A DNA stretch of 64,000 bases from Planctomycetota bacterium (lineage in GTDB: Bacteria > Planctomycetota > PLA2 > JAEUHO01). The notes beneath the pieces are model-generated. The model saw only the letters and a list, made by a program, of their open reading frames with translations. It did not search any database and was not told the DNA's origin. Positions 19,941 through 30,156 of this stretch are shown piece by piece. The DNA is taken from the NCBI GenBank assembly GCA_965222115.1, contig CBDCTJ010000007.1, positions 2,240,001 to 2,304,000 of the forward strand, given 5' to 3'. The position numbers and the translations under genes were made by a program. Position 1 is the stretch's first letter, and each line of letters begins with the position of its first letter.

Positions 19941-22900
19941 ATGGCTAGTTTCAAGAAGACCTACAAGCGCTACGAGCGAGCCTTCCTCCTTGGATTGGTG
20001 TTCCTATTGCTTGCCACATTCTCCATCGGTGGCGCCATGTCGTGCGACCAGCAGACGGGGCCCGCGATGGAGGCCTACGCGGGTTCGTTCAACGTTCCGG
20101 GCGGCGGTGAAGCTGAAGTAGACGAAGACGACTGGAATCAGGCTTTTCTGAATGTGCGCGCATTGCAGGCGTCAACCGGCACGTTGACGGCCGAGTACGC
20201 CGACTTCTTTGATGGCCGTGATACGACCGATCTCCGACACGCGACATGGGTTCAACTTCTGGGCACCAAGCTTGGTAAGGCGGCAGGCTACAAGGCCGGT
20301 AAGAGCCAAGTCGATCAGGCGGTTCGCGATCTCGTTGGCGGTCGCTGGGCACGCCAATCGCAGCGCGTATTCGATGATCAGTCCTATAGCGACTTTCTTC
20401 GCAACCAAGTACGGATGACACAAAGTGAGTTTGAAGAACTCATGGGTGACGTCGTCGTGCGCGACCAGTTCATTACGCCGCTCATCGAGAGCGCCAAGTA
20501 TCAATTCGCCATGCCTGAAGTTTTTGAAGAGTGGAAGCACCAGCGCGAGCGCGTCAATCTCGAGTTCGTGTCGCTTCCCGCGGGACCCATGGAAGCGAGA
20601 GTTGCCAAGCAAGAGGCCACCCGCGAGACGATTCAAGAGGAAATCACCCGTCTCCGTGAGTTGTCGCTTGTGGCGCGCAACATTCGAACGGCGTCGGCGC
20701 AAATCGATTCAGCATTCAAGAAGAACGGCACGCTGCCCGCCGATTTCACGAAGCTGCGACCGGGATCCACGGTTCCCAAAGACCCGTGGGGCACCGAACT
20801 GGCGTACAAGGTGGACGGCGAATCCTACACGCTGCGATCCGCGGGTCCGGACAAGTCACTTGGCAATGAGGACGACGTTACGCTGATCGACCAGCGTGCC
20901 TTGCAGAGTTATGCGCGCATGCTTCGCGTTGGTAAGGCGCTACAGGCATGGAAACGCGTTAAAGACGCCTGGCCAGAGGACCTCGAGACGTTGAAAACGG
21001 CGCCCAATGCCGAAACCACCGCCCCGCTTCCCAAGACGGAGCCTCTTGTCGATGGGTGGAAGCGCGAACTCGTCTATGTGGCGCCCACGGGCGATAGCCC
21101 AGCAGTCGTTTCGTCGGTGGGCAACGACGGCGAAGCGGGCACGGACGATGACTATCGCCTTGAAGTTACCGACGATCCGCTTCACTTGGCCCCGTTTGGG
21201 CGCTACGCCTTCCGTTCCGACAGTAACGCGCCCAAGGGTGCCGTAGCCACTCCAAAGGACGGATGGGACCGGCCGTTTCGACTGTCGCTTGCGGATCCCG
21301 CGCGTTTGATGTGGGAAGTGCGAAGCGCCGGCGCCGACGGAACCTTTGACAATGACGATGATCTGACCACCCCCAACCAGGCCGAGATCGCGCGCTTCTA
21401 CGCCCAGCCCGATACACGGCGCCGGTTCCGTGAGCCCCTTCGACGCGAGTTCGAAGCGCTCTACGTGCATCTACCCAATCTAAGCGACGGCATTCTTGAG
21501 GTGCTCTGGAAGAAGTTCCCTGAGGCGCGCCCCGCCGATGAGGAGACGGTGTTCGAGCATTGGAAGAGCCACCGCGGTGGCGACGCGCTTTCGATCTACA
21601 ACGCCAAGGATCCAAAGGATGCCGAAGAAGGCCACGGCGCGGCGACGATGAAAGAGGTTGCGCCCGATACTCAAGTCAATCTGCGCCCTTCGCCCAGCGT
21701 GTTTCCCGATTTGGGCCATCGCAAGCCCGAAGAAACAGGTCCGAAGGATAACGAATCGAACGATGGCGAGTCTAAGGATGACGAGTCCGAGGATAAGAAA
21801 GACGACGAAAAGGACGCTACGGATCCCGATGAAGAACTCCGGAAAGAGTTCGTGGATAAGGGTTGGCGTGAAATCGTGATTCGCGAGATGTTTGTTGAGT
21901 CGTTGCTCAACGAGCTACTGAAGAAGCTTCAAGCAAACCAACGTGAGATTCGCGACTGGGACAAGAAGTACGGTTCGAAGTCGGGTGACGACACGTCCGA
22001 TGACAAGGAATCCGACAAGAAGTCCGGTGAGAATGGCGAGTCCAAGGACGAAAAGAAGGCACCACCCCCGCGCCCCAAAGAACTCACCATGGAAGGCCTC
22101 TTCGAGGACGACCTGAGAGATGCGGTCCCTACGCCGGAAGAAGAAGAAAAGGGCCACCGCTCGTTTACCTACTTCAAGACCACGGGCGGCGTCACGCGCG
22201 ATGAGTGGGAGGCGCTGCCCTTCCTTGGTGATCCGAATCTGAACATGACGCTTGGCACACTCAGCAGTGATGGGCAATACGCAAGTATTCCGCTTCAATT
22301 GCATAGCCGAACCACCAAGGCGCTCATTCGTCAGATCAAGCTTACGCCTGCCCACGATCCCAAGTTTGAGGACATCAAGAACAAAGTGTTTGAAGCCTTT
22401 GTGTCAAAGCGCGCACTTGACTATGCGTTCAAGGAACTTGGTAAGCTCAAGACTGCGATTCAAACGGCGGAAGATGAAGACGCCGAGAAGGGCGCCGAGA
22501 AGGCGCTCAAGGAATTCGCTGAGCGTGTTGGCGTTCCCTACTTCCGTGAGACAACGGGCATGTTTATTGGGGCCCGTCCGCCGCAGCAGACCGAACTTGA
22601 AGGCGAAGACGACGATCAAGACAAGAAGAAGCGGATCTACACCCCCGAGGAAAAGAAGATCCGTCGTCGGAACTTCATTTTGCGTACGGGCTACGCGACG
22701 GTGCGAAAGGGAACGTCCCAGCAAGACGAAATTGAAGCCGCACCCGGTACGTTTGGACGTCGCGTGTTGCGCGATGGCGGTGAAGATAGCACCAACAGTG
22801 CGTACCTCGTCCGTGTGAAAGAACGCCAGTTCCCCGATCCCGCGGAGTTCTCATCGCGCGATTACCTGATGGAGCTCTACCGCAAGGTGTATGGCACGCA

Positions 22901-23045
22901 GGGGCGCAACCAGCGCATCGCCCAGCGCGACGGTACGTTTTTCAAGAGCTTGCATCGTTACACGCAGGACTATCAGTGGCTCAAGTCCACCTTCGATGTG
23001 GAATTGGATGATGGCAAGGACCTGCTGGCCCCCAAAACGCGGTAG
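19941..23045 (+). CDS. PpiD/SurA-N-like membrane-anchored chaperone scaffold with three inserted GspG-like globular repeats
   Basis: N-terminal TM, FDDQSYSDFLRNQVRMTQSEFEE, ERVNLEFVSLP, P.FEDIKNKV; three D(P/G)W..S.G.D....DDD modules. Confidence 0.6.
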   Translation: MASFKKTYKRYERAFLLGLVFLLLATFSIGGAMSCDQQTGPAMEAYAGSFNVPGGGEAEVDEDDWNQAFLNVRALQASTGTLTAEYADFFDGRDTTDLRHATWVQLLGTKLGKAAGYKAGKSQVDQAVRDLVGGRWARQSQRVFDDQSYSDFLRNQVRMTQSEFEELMGDVVVRDQFITPLIESAKYQFAMPEVFEEWKHQRERVNLEFVSLPAGPMEARVAKQEATRETIQEEITRLRELSLVARNIRTASAQIDSAFKKNGTLPADFTKLRPGSTVPKDPWGTELAYKVDGESYTLRSAGPDKSLGNEDDVTLIDQRALQSYARMLRVGKALQAWKRVKDAWPEDLETLKTAPNAETTAPLPKTEPLVDGWKRELVYVAPTGDSPAVVSSVGNDGEAGTDDDYRLEVTDDPLHLAPFGRYAFRSDSNAPKGAVATPKDGWDRPFRLSLADPARLMWEVRSAGADGTFDNDDDLTTPNQAEIARFYAQPDTRRRFREPLRREFEALYVHLPNLSDGILEVLWKKFPEARPADEETVFEHWKSHRGGDALSIYNAKDPKDAEEGHGAATMKEVAPDTQVNLRPSPSVFPDLGHRKPEETGPKDNESNDGESKDDESEDKKDDEKDATDPDEELRKEFVDKGWREIVIREMFVESLLNELLKKLQANQREIRDWDKKYGSKSGDDTSDDKESDKKSGENGESKDEKKAPPPRPKELTMEGLFEDDLRDAVPTPEEEEKGHRSFTYFKTTGGVTRDEWEALPFLGDPNLNMTLGTLSSDGQYASIPLQLHSRTTKALIRQIKLTPAHDPKFEDIKNKVFEAFVSKRALDYAFKELGKLKTAIQTAEDEDAEKGAEKALKEFAERVGVPYFRETTGMFIGARPPQQTELEGEDDDQDKKKRIYTPEEKKIRRRNFILRTGYATVRKGTSQQDEIEAAPGTFGRRVLRDGGEDSTNSAYLVRVKERQFPDPAEFSSRDYLMELYRKVYGTQGRNQRIAQRDGTFFKSLHRYTQDYQWLKSTFDVELDDGKDLLAPKTR

Positions 23046-23099
23046 CGCATTCGGCGGTCAGCCCTGACGCTAACCCGGATTATTCATAAACAGTCCGGG

Positions 23100-23390
23100 C
23101 TAGGATTTGGGTAGCGCCTTGGGTACGGGATCGTACCCACCGCCGCCACCCGGACCCGGTCGGCAGCGTGTGAGCCGCCCGAACCCCATCGTTACGCCCC
23201 GCACAACGCCGTGACGCTCAACCGCTTCCTTCATGTATTCCGAACATGTGGGCGTAAAGCGACACGCGCTTGGTAGCAGTGGTGAGATCAGCACCTTGTA
23301 CATATGCAGTACGAGAACAACGACGCTCCTAAACGGGCGCGACCACCACAGCGGTGCCGGCGTGGATGCAGGCTGGGTCTCGTGAGTCAT
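23100..23390 (-). CDS. yidD: Membrane protein insertion efficiency factor
   Basis: YKVLISPLLPSACRFTPTCSEY..HG..G..R..RC.P..GGYDPVP. Confidence 0.93.
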   Translation of the reverse strand: MTHETQPASTPAPLWWSRPFRSVVVLVLHMYKVLISPLLPSACRFTPTCSEYMKEAVERHGVVRGVTMGFGRLTRCRPGPGGGGGYDPVPKALPKS

Positions 23391-23791
23391 TTCCCCTTCC
23401 TACGCGGACGGTGACGTGGGCGAGCCGGTTGCTTGGTGAGTGTGCGTTCCAAATCGTGTGCAATGCCTTCAAGGGTTGGCTTGACGAGACTCCGTTTCGG
23501 CGACACAAGGAAGTCGTAGGCACCCAGGCGATCTTGGCGATGGCGAAATGCTTCTCGTACCAACCGGCGAAATCGGTTTCGTTTCACCGCCGTGCCATAC
23601 GCACGGGGCGTCGCGCAACCCATGCGGGGATATCCAACCTCGTTTGCAAATCGCCGCACAACGACCTCTCGCCCGGGAAAAACATCGCCTCGGGTCGTCA
23701 CATTGTGAAAGGACGTCCGATGCCGCAACCGTGCACGTCGCTTGAAACGTCGTGACGGAGGCGGTTCTGGGGTGGCCGATGGATCACTCAC
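23387..23791 (-). CDS. rnpA: Ribonuclease P protein component
   Basis: RLRHRTSF..V..RG; GTAVKRNRFRRLVREAFR; overlaps the yidD start. Confidence 0.9.
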   Translation of the reverse strand: MSDPSATPEPPPSRRFKRRARLRHRTSFHNVTTRGDVFPGREVVVRRFANEVGYPRMGCATPRAYGTAVKRNRFRRLVREAFRHRQDRLGAYDFLVSPKRSLVKPTLEGIAHDLERTLTKQPARPRHRPRRKGK

Positions 23792-23858
23792 GGCGCGTGA
23801 GTATCCCCGCAATAGTGGCAAGGCACACGATTCCACGCCCGGCGGGTAAGATTCGGGC

Positions 23859-25001
23859 GTGACTCAGGGTTTTCTGTTTTACCGCCGTTTCCTTGTCCAC
23901 CTTCTTCCGGAGGGGGATTACGGACGCTATCTGGAGGCACTAGCGGAAGCGCTTCCGATTGAGGTCGTTGCCACAGATGCGGCGGGGCGCGTGATCGTGT
24001 GGAATGCGGCCATGGCGCGCGTTGCCGGCACGCGTGAGGACGCCATCGGAAAACACCTGCTCGACGCACTCCCGTGGCTTGCGTCCGATCCCAATTTGGA
24101 TTGGCGGCGCGCGCTCGACGACGTGCTCATGGGTGGACGACCGTATCGCTTGGCAAGGCATCCACTTGGTGCGCGGGTTGTGCGTGCCACGCTGGGCGCC
24201 ATGCGAGGTGAAGAAGACACGGTGCTCGGTGCCGCGCTCTCGCTCGAAGACATTACCCATGGGACGCGACAAGAAGAGCAAAAGCGTATGCGGGAACGCG
24301 TGGACGCGATTCACGATCTCGGTGCAAGCCTTGCCCATGAACTTCGCAATCCACTCAATGCACTCTCTCTTAATCTGCAACTCCTCCGTGAACAGATTCG
24401 CGATCCCAAGGCGATACCCGCCGACGTCGAAGCGCGCACGGATGGCATGATCGATGAAGTGTCACGCGTGGAGCGGCTCATCACGCATCTGTTGGAAGTC
24501 AGTCGCGGCGGGCCGCTTCGCAGGCGCAACATGAAGATCGATGGCATTGTCGCCGCCGTTGTGTCTCGACTCGAGGGCATGGTTCGGGCACACGATGTCC
24601 ATGTGCAAAAGTCGTTGGGCTCAGCGAGGATGTTGCGACTCGACGAGCAACGTGTCGATCGCGCCTTGCACAACTTGATCCAAAACGCGGTTCAAGCCGC
24701 CGCCGAAGGCGGTGGTCACGTATGGATTACCACGCGGGATGATCCGCATAGCACCGTGGTGGTTGTCGACGATGACGGTCCTGGAATTCGGCCGGAAGAT
24801 CGATCCGAAGTCTTCGTATTGTACTCAACCGGTAAACGCGGTGGCACGGGTTTGGGGCTACCGTTGGCGCGCGAGGACCTGCGACGTCACGGTGGCGAAG
24901 TCGAAGTCTTGTCGCGTCCCGGTGGGGGCGCACGATTTGTCGTGCATTTGCCGATGGACACTTCGGCCCTGGACACTTCGACCCAGGACTGGGAGGAGTA
25001 G
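23859..25001 (+). CDS. PAS-domain sensor histidine kinase
   Basis: PAS (DAAGRVIVWN), H-box LAHELRNPLN, N-box NLIQNA, DDGPGI, GTGLGL. Confidence 0.92.
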   Translation: MTQGFLFYRRFLVHLLPEGDYGRYLEALAEALPIEVVATDAAGRVIVWNAAMARVAGTREDAIGKHLLDALPWLASDPNLDWRRALDDVLMGGRPYRLARHPLGARVVRATLGAMRGEEDTVLGAALSLEDITHGTRQEEQKRMRERVDAIHDLGASLAHELRNPLNALSLNLQLLREQIRDPKAIPADVEARTDGMIDEVSRVERLITHLLEVSRGGPLRRRNMKIDGIVAAVVSRLEGMVRAHDVHVQKSLGSARMLRLDEQRVDRALHNLIQNAVQAAAEGGGHVWITTRDDPHSTVVVVDDDGPGIRPEDRSEVFVLYSTGKRGGTGLGLPLAREDLRRHGGEVEVLSRPGGGARFVVHLPMDTSALDTSTQDWEE

Positions 25002-25004
25002 CGC

Positions 25005-26405
25005 GTGCCACGCATGTTGATCATTGAGGATGAAGTCAATGCTCGCAAGGCTCTAGGAGAAGTATTCTCGACAGAGCATGAAGTCACCTTGGTCGAGGAT
25101 GCAGAAGCGGCGCAGGCGTTCTTGGATGGCGGCGCGCCGGATGTGGTCCTGACGGACGTGGTACTGCCCGGCGACGAAGACGGCCTCGACATTTTGCGAC
25201 GCGTGAAGCGCGACTACCCTTCGTGTCCGGTATTGGTCATGACCGCGTATGGCAGCGTGGGCAAAGCCGTTGACGCCATGCGTGATGGTGCCCACGATTT
25301 CCTTGAAAAGCCGTTGGACCTAAAGCGACTTCGTGCCGTCGTGGCCAGCGCACTCCGGTCGAGCAGCAATGCCCCTACAAGTGAACCGTATCGCAAGGAA
25401 ATCGCTGAGGCAGGCGTGCCGCCCGGATTCGTGGGAGAACACCCGCGCATCAAGGAAATCTTTCGCGTCGTCGCCAAGGCTGCACCAACTAACGCGACGG
25501 TGCTCATTGTGGGCGAGAGCGGAACTGGCAAGGAACTCGTCGCGCGCGCCATACATCACAGCAGTCCACGCACGAAGGGCCCCTACATCAAGGTCAACTG
25601 CGCTGCCTTGCCCGAGAGCTTGTTAGAAGGTGAGCTCTTTGGTCACGTGAAGGGGGCATTTACCGGCGCCATGGCCGATCGGGCGGGCCGCTTCGAAGCG
25701 GCCAGTGGCGGCACGTTGTTCTTGGATGAAGTGGGGGAGATTCCACCCCATACGCAAGTCAAACTTCTCCGCGTGCTGCAAACGCGTGAAGTGGAGCGAT
25801 TGGGCGAAAGCAAGTCGCGTGCGATTGACGTGCGCCTGGTTGCCGCAACAAACGCGGACCTCGACGCCATGGTGAAAAAGGGCACGCTGCGCGAAGACTT
25901 CTACTTTCGACTGAAAGTGATCACCGTGCGCATGCCGGCACTCCGTGAACGTCGCAGCGACATTCCCCTGCTGGTGAATCACTTTGTGTCGATGTATGGC
26001 GAGCGCCACGGGCGCGATGCGATGACGGTTTCCGATGGCGCGATGGACGTCATGACGTCGCATGATTGGCCCGGGAATGTTCGCGAACTCGAGAACACCA
26101 TTGAAGCGGCTGTCGTTTTGGCCGAACGCGAGACGATCACGCCCGATGTGTTGCCCGAAGAGATTGGTGGTGCCCAACGGGTTGAGGATCTACCGACGGG
26201 CGACGTCATCGTGATTCCCGCCGGCACGCCGCTTCCAGACGCCGAACGAACCGTGATTCTCGATACGCTTCGGCGTACCGGCGGCAACAAAACGGCGGCG
26301 GCGCGCATCTTGGGCATCGGCCTGCGCACGCTCTATCGAAAACTCGAACAGTACGAGCAGGATGGTGACACGGGCGCGTCCAAACGCGACGCATCAGCAG
26401 ATTAG
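25005..26405 (+). CDS. Sigma54-dependent response regulator (NtrC/AtoC family)
   Basis: REC domain, GESGTGKE, GAFTGA, FLDEVGE, WPGNVREL, Fis-type HTH. Confidence 0.95.
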   Translation: MPRMLIIEDEVNARKALGEVFSTEHEVTLVEDAEAAQAFLDGGAPDVVLTDVVLPGDEDGLDILRRVKRDYPSCPVLVMTAYGSVGKAVDAMRDGAHDFLEKPLDLKRLRAVVASALRSSSNAPTSEPYRKEIAEAGVPPGFVGEHPRIKEIFRVVAKAAPTNATVLIVGESGTGKELVARAIHHSSPRTKGPYIKVNCAALPESLLEGELFGHVKGAFTGAMADRAGRFEAASGGTLFLDEVGEIPPHTQVKLLRVLQTREVERLGESKSRAIDVRLVAATNADLDAMVKKGTLREDFYFRLKVITVRMPALRERRSDIPLLVNHFVSMYGERHGRDAMTVSDGAMDVMTSHDWPGNVRELENTIEAAVVLAERETITPDVLPEEIGGAQRVEDLPTGDVIVIPAGTPLPDAERTVILDTLRRTGGNKTAAARILGIGLRTLYRKLEQYEQDGDTGASKRDASAD

Positions 26406-26478
26406 TATTGTGGCGATGCTTACGACGCGAGTACACGCTATCGTGTTCACGTGGGCGTGACGGTCAAGGGAGCACGGA

Positions 26479-27510
26479 ATGAACTCGAACGCGAAGTGCG
26501 ATGGTTGTCACAAGATAGCAACCGGGCATAACCCCGTACGCATTCTCGGACTCGTGGCGCTTATCGCGATCGTCCACCTAGCGATTCGTGCGTGGGAGCC
26601 CTCTCCGGCACGGGCTGCACACGGTGGCCCACCGAGTTTCTCGACGGTCGTCCAGCAGGCCAACCCCAGCATTGCTCACGTCATCGTTCGTCTTCGCAAC
26701 GAACGTTCACGCAAGTCGCGTGACGATGCCGTGGGGGCCGGCTTTGTCGTGTCATCTGACGGACTTGTTCTCACCAGTCGACATGTCCTCAAAGGGGCGA
26801 AGCAAATTGTCGTTGACCTGCCAGGGCGCGAACCTCAACTGGCTCGCGTTGTTCGCGAAGATGAGGCCTCCGACCTCGCGCTGCTTCGCATCCCATTGCA
26901 AGGTCTCCGTCCCATTGCGATGGGTGATTCCCGCACCCTTCAGGTGGGCGACTGGGTGGTTGCCGCGGGCAGCCCCTACCATCTCAAGCGCTCGTGGAGC
27001 GTGGGCATTGTGAGTGCGTTGGGCCGTACAAACGTTGGGCGTGCTGGAAAGTCTGGTGTGCGTTTCATTCAGACCGACGCCGCCGCCAACCTTGGCAATA
27101 GTGGTGGGCCGCTGCTTGATGCCGATGGGCGCGTCGTTGGTGTCATGACTGCGATCCTCTCGAAATCAAGTGGCCATCAAGGCGTGGCACTGGCGACGCC
27201 CATCAACTATGCACAACGGTTTGTGGGTCGTTCTCTCGGCAGCGTTGTTCGTTCGGCGCCTCATGCCGATCTAGGCTTGAGCCTTCAATCAGTACGCGGC
27301 GGCGTCCTCGTTACCCGCGCGCCCTCAAACTTACGCGCCTACGCGGCTGGCATTCGGAGGGGCGACATTTTGGTCTCGGTTGATGGTCAGGCCGTGCGTC
27401 GGCCAGATGATGTTTATCGCGCTGTCATGATTCACCGCGGCGATGGACTCCTACAGGTCACGTTCCTACGAGATGGGGCCACAGCGGTGGTTTCTATTCC
27501 ACTTCGATAG
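26479..27510 (+). CDS. HtrA/DegS-like trypsin serine protease with one PDZ domain
   Basis: LTSRHV, DLAL, IQTDAAANLGNSGGPL triad motifs; PDZ AGIRRGDILVSVDG. Confidence 0.92.
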   Translation: MNSNAKCDGCHKIATGHNPVRILGLVALIAIVHLAIRAWEPSPARAAHGGPPSFSTVVQQANPSIAHVIVRLRNERSRKSRDDAVGAGFVVSSDGLVLTSRHVLKGAKQIVVDLPGREPQLARVVREDEASDLALLRIPLQGLRPIAMGDSRTLQVGDWVVAAGSPYHLKRSWSVGIVSALGRTNVGRAGKSGVRFIQTDAAANLGNSGGPLLDADGRVVGVMTAILSKSSGHQGVALATPINYAQRFVGRSLGSVVRSAPHADLGLSLQSVRGGVLVTRAPSNLRAYAAGIRRGDILVSVDGQAVRRPDDVYRAVMIHRGDGLLQVTFLRDGATAVVSIPLR

Positions 27511-27543
27511 CGTCTCGTCTTTTTTCTTCCTCTCGAGTTCTAC

Positions 27544-27856
27544 CTCACGCAGAGACGCGGAGTACGCAGAGGCGCAGAGGGCATATGTAGAGGAGCGTCT
27601 ACCGCAAGTGTGGTTGGTGTGGGTTGTGGATCGGGTACTGAAGAAGAGGAGGCAGAGGAAGAAGAGAGAGAAGAAGAAGAAGAAGAACGGCGTAAGCGTT
27701 GGGGCGGGGAGCGTCATGAATTTTACGTGCGGAACGTTGCTCGATCCCTACCAGATAGGATGTGCTCATCGCGCAATTGGATATCTCGATCCTAGTCCTG
27801 CCGCCAACGGGTACTTGTGCCCCCTGCGTCTCCATCGCTCTGCGCCCCTGCGTGAG
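27544..27856. repeat. REPIN-like element: imperfect inverted repeats around a purine-rich core
   Basis: CTCACGCAGAGACGCGGAG.. (27544) and ..CTCTGCGCCCCTGCGTGAG (27856) flank a GAAGAG-rich tract at 27640-27687. Confidence 0.65.
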
Positions 27857-27998
27857 ATCAAACACCACTGGTAACCACACTCGCGAACCGCACACCAAAA
27901 CGACAAGAACGCGCGCAGCTCATCGCCACGCGCGTTTCCGTTCACCTATACGAATCGGCAAGCCAGCTCGACGAATAGGCTTTGACTACAGGCTCAGA

Positions 27999-28604
27999 CT
28001 AATACGTGCGCAGCACGCCTCGTACGACGCCGCGGATTTCGAGCTTCTGCGGAGGACGCACGAAAATGGGATCCATGGTGCTATTGGCGGGCTGTAGACG
28101 GACGCTGCCGTCGGGTTCTCGGAAGAAACGCTTGAGCGTGGCCTCACCATCGACTACGGCTACAACGATTTCGCCATCGCGAGGTGCGGTGCAGCGTTCG
28201 ACCATGACCAAATCGCCATCGGTGATGTGATCATCGATCATGGAATGGCCAACGACGCGGAGCAAATAGCTCTCTTGGCCTGGCGCAATGGGCAACAGCT
28301 CTTCCATCGTGTAGGGGCGCGCGTCTTCCAGCGCCTCAATCGGTCGGCCCGCTGCGATGCGACCCAACAGTTTGACCGTGGGGTCAGGCAGGTAGTTGCG
28401 ATCGAGAATCTCGATTGAACGCGAGCGCTGTGGAAGTTTGCGAATGGCACCCTTCTTCACCAGCGCGGCCACGTGTTGATGAACCGTGACACGATGAACA
28501 CCTAGCGACTGCCCGATTTCTTCGAGCGTGGGGCTGGTGTGGTTCTCCCTCCGGTAATCCCGAATGAAGTTCATGATCTGCAGTTGCTTCGGCGTGTAGT
28601 TCAT
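27999..28604 (-). CDS. lexA: SOS repressor LexA
   Basis: wHTH (PTLEEIGQ..VHQHVAALVKKG), IAAG cleavage site, GHSM Ser and TLKR Lys; GGAGG RBS. Confidence 0.95.
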   Translation of the reverse strand: MNYTPKQLQIMNFIRDYRRENHTSPTLEEIGQSLGVHRVTVHQHVAALVKKGAIRKLPQRSRSIEILDRNYLPDPTVKLLGRIAAGRPIEALEDARPYTMEELLPIAPGQESYLLRVVGHSMIDDHITDGDLVMVERCTAPRDGEIVVAVVDGEATLKRFFREPDGSVRLQPANSTMDPIFVRPPQKLEIRGVVRGVLRTY

Positions 28605-29423
28605 GAAATCGCCCTCCCTCGGCCCCATGGGGGACAGACAGAAGCGCCCAGGCGTAATCGCGCTTCATCTGCTACATGTGGCCATGCGATATCACTTGCG
28701 CAATCATGCGGCTTCGTCGCGCCTACACGCGCATCAGCCGAGCGATCGCTCGTGCGTTGACTTAAAAATGGCTGACCGAAAATCGGTCGGCTTTGAAAAT
28801 CCTGCACCCTTCGAAGTCCCTGTTGCGCAGAGCACGCGAACAGGAAATCAAAGGGGCGAAAAACAGAGGGCATCCAAACGCGCATCGCAGTCGAGCCACT
28901 AGCGAGCCCTCGTGCGACGGGTTCCGGTTTGAACAAGACAGCTTCATGAGCAGCAAACCGCCCGACCAGCGGGAGCGTTTGAGAAGGGGCCTTCCTGCCC
29001 TCAACCCTCCGGAATAGCCCCATGACTTTTCCGAAACACCGACGTCCGAAAGCTGCACGTAAGACGTGTGCAAACGAAAACCGGCGGATGAAGGCAACCC
29101 TTCTGCAAACGTTCCAGTGGCCGTGCGGACTCCTACGAAGGCCGCCGTCCCTCAAGGAACTGGATCGGTTGGGCTTTCGGGCCACTTTGCCCTTTGTCTT
29201 TGAAGCATTTGTTTCTGGCCACGAAAACACTTCCGCAGGATGGAAGAAGGAGCACGACATACCTAACAATCCGAGTTCTATCAGTGAATTACATATACTA
29301 ACAACACCTTGAGCCCCGTGGGATCGCCCCTCGAAAAGCCCAGGAAATTCACACTTTTCCGACGCTCTTTCCTGTGTTTTTTCCGAAAATTCACCCCAAA
29401 TACGACCTCGATCGCGCGCAATT

Positions 29424-29498
29424 GGGTCGAATGGGGCCGGGTCGAATGGGGCCGGGTCGAATGGGGCCGGGTCGAATGGGGCCGGGTCGAATGGGGCC
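29424..29498. repeat. Tandem repeat, 15 bp x5 (GGGTCGAATGGGGCC)
   Basis: Read directly. Confidence 0.95.
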
Positions 29499-29559
29499 CG
29501 CGCCGCCGCGTGCACCTCCACGACTGAGCACCAATCCGTCACGGCTGAACACGAATCCG

Positions 29560-30045
29560 TCATGCCAACACCGCCAAGACGAGCAACACTGCCAGGCCCA
29601 ACGCGCCCGCAAACTCTCGCTCCCTCGCTTCAGCACGCCTCACATCACTCCGGCGTGTAGCGGGCTTCCGATCTCGACCCGATCCAGCATAGATTCCAGT
29701 AGTTGCGACAATCGACGCGCTGGGCTCGTCCTTCGCCTCTTCAAGCAGTCCTACCTCTCCCGGTAATGACGAGGTCTCTTCAAGCAGGGCCTCTTCAAGC
29801 GGGGTCTCTTCAAGCAGGGTCTCTTCAAGCAATGACGAGACGGTGCGACAAGTCGGTCTCGCCTGAAACTGAACAGCACGAAACTGAACAGCACGAAACT
29901 GAATCGCCCGGTGCCGAACCGAATGGTGCCGAACCGAATGGTGCCGAACCGAATGGTGCCGAACCGAATGGTGCCGAACCGAACGGCTGTCACACGCAGC
30001 TCGCAAGCACCGCAGCGACTTGGGGTGTTGAAGATCGAACTCCAT
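29560..30045 (-). CDS. Small repeat-containing protein with C-terminal hydrophobic anchor
   Basis: AAAGGAG RBS 6 nt before the ATG; upstream TTGCGT-N16-TAGTGT promoter-like motif; in-frame 15-bp repeats; ends GALGLAVLLVLAVLA. Confidence 0.5.
   Translation of the reverse strand: MEFDLQHPKSLRCLRAACDSRSVRHHSVRHHSVRHHSVRHHSVRHRAIQFRAVQFRAVQFQARPTCRTVSSLLEETLLEETPLEEALLEETSSLPGEVGLLEEAKDEPSASIVATTGIYAGSGRDRKPATRRSDVRRAEAREREFAGALGLAVLLVLAVLA
29773..29984. repeat. Three adjacent 15-bp tandem arrays (GGTCTCTTCAAGCAG x4; GAAACTGAACAGCAC x~2.6; GGTGCCGAACCGAAT x5)
   Basis: Read directly. Confidence 0.9.
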
Positions 30046-30156
30046 GGGTGGCTCCTTTGACTACGAAATACACACTAACCTTACAATCGCAGAACGCAAG
30101 TATTTGTTTCGGTTTTTTTCGCCGAGCTTGACTGTAGGGTCTGAAACGCCCATTAC

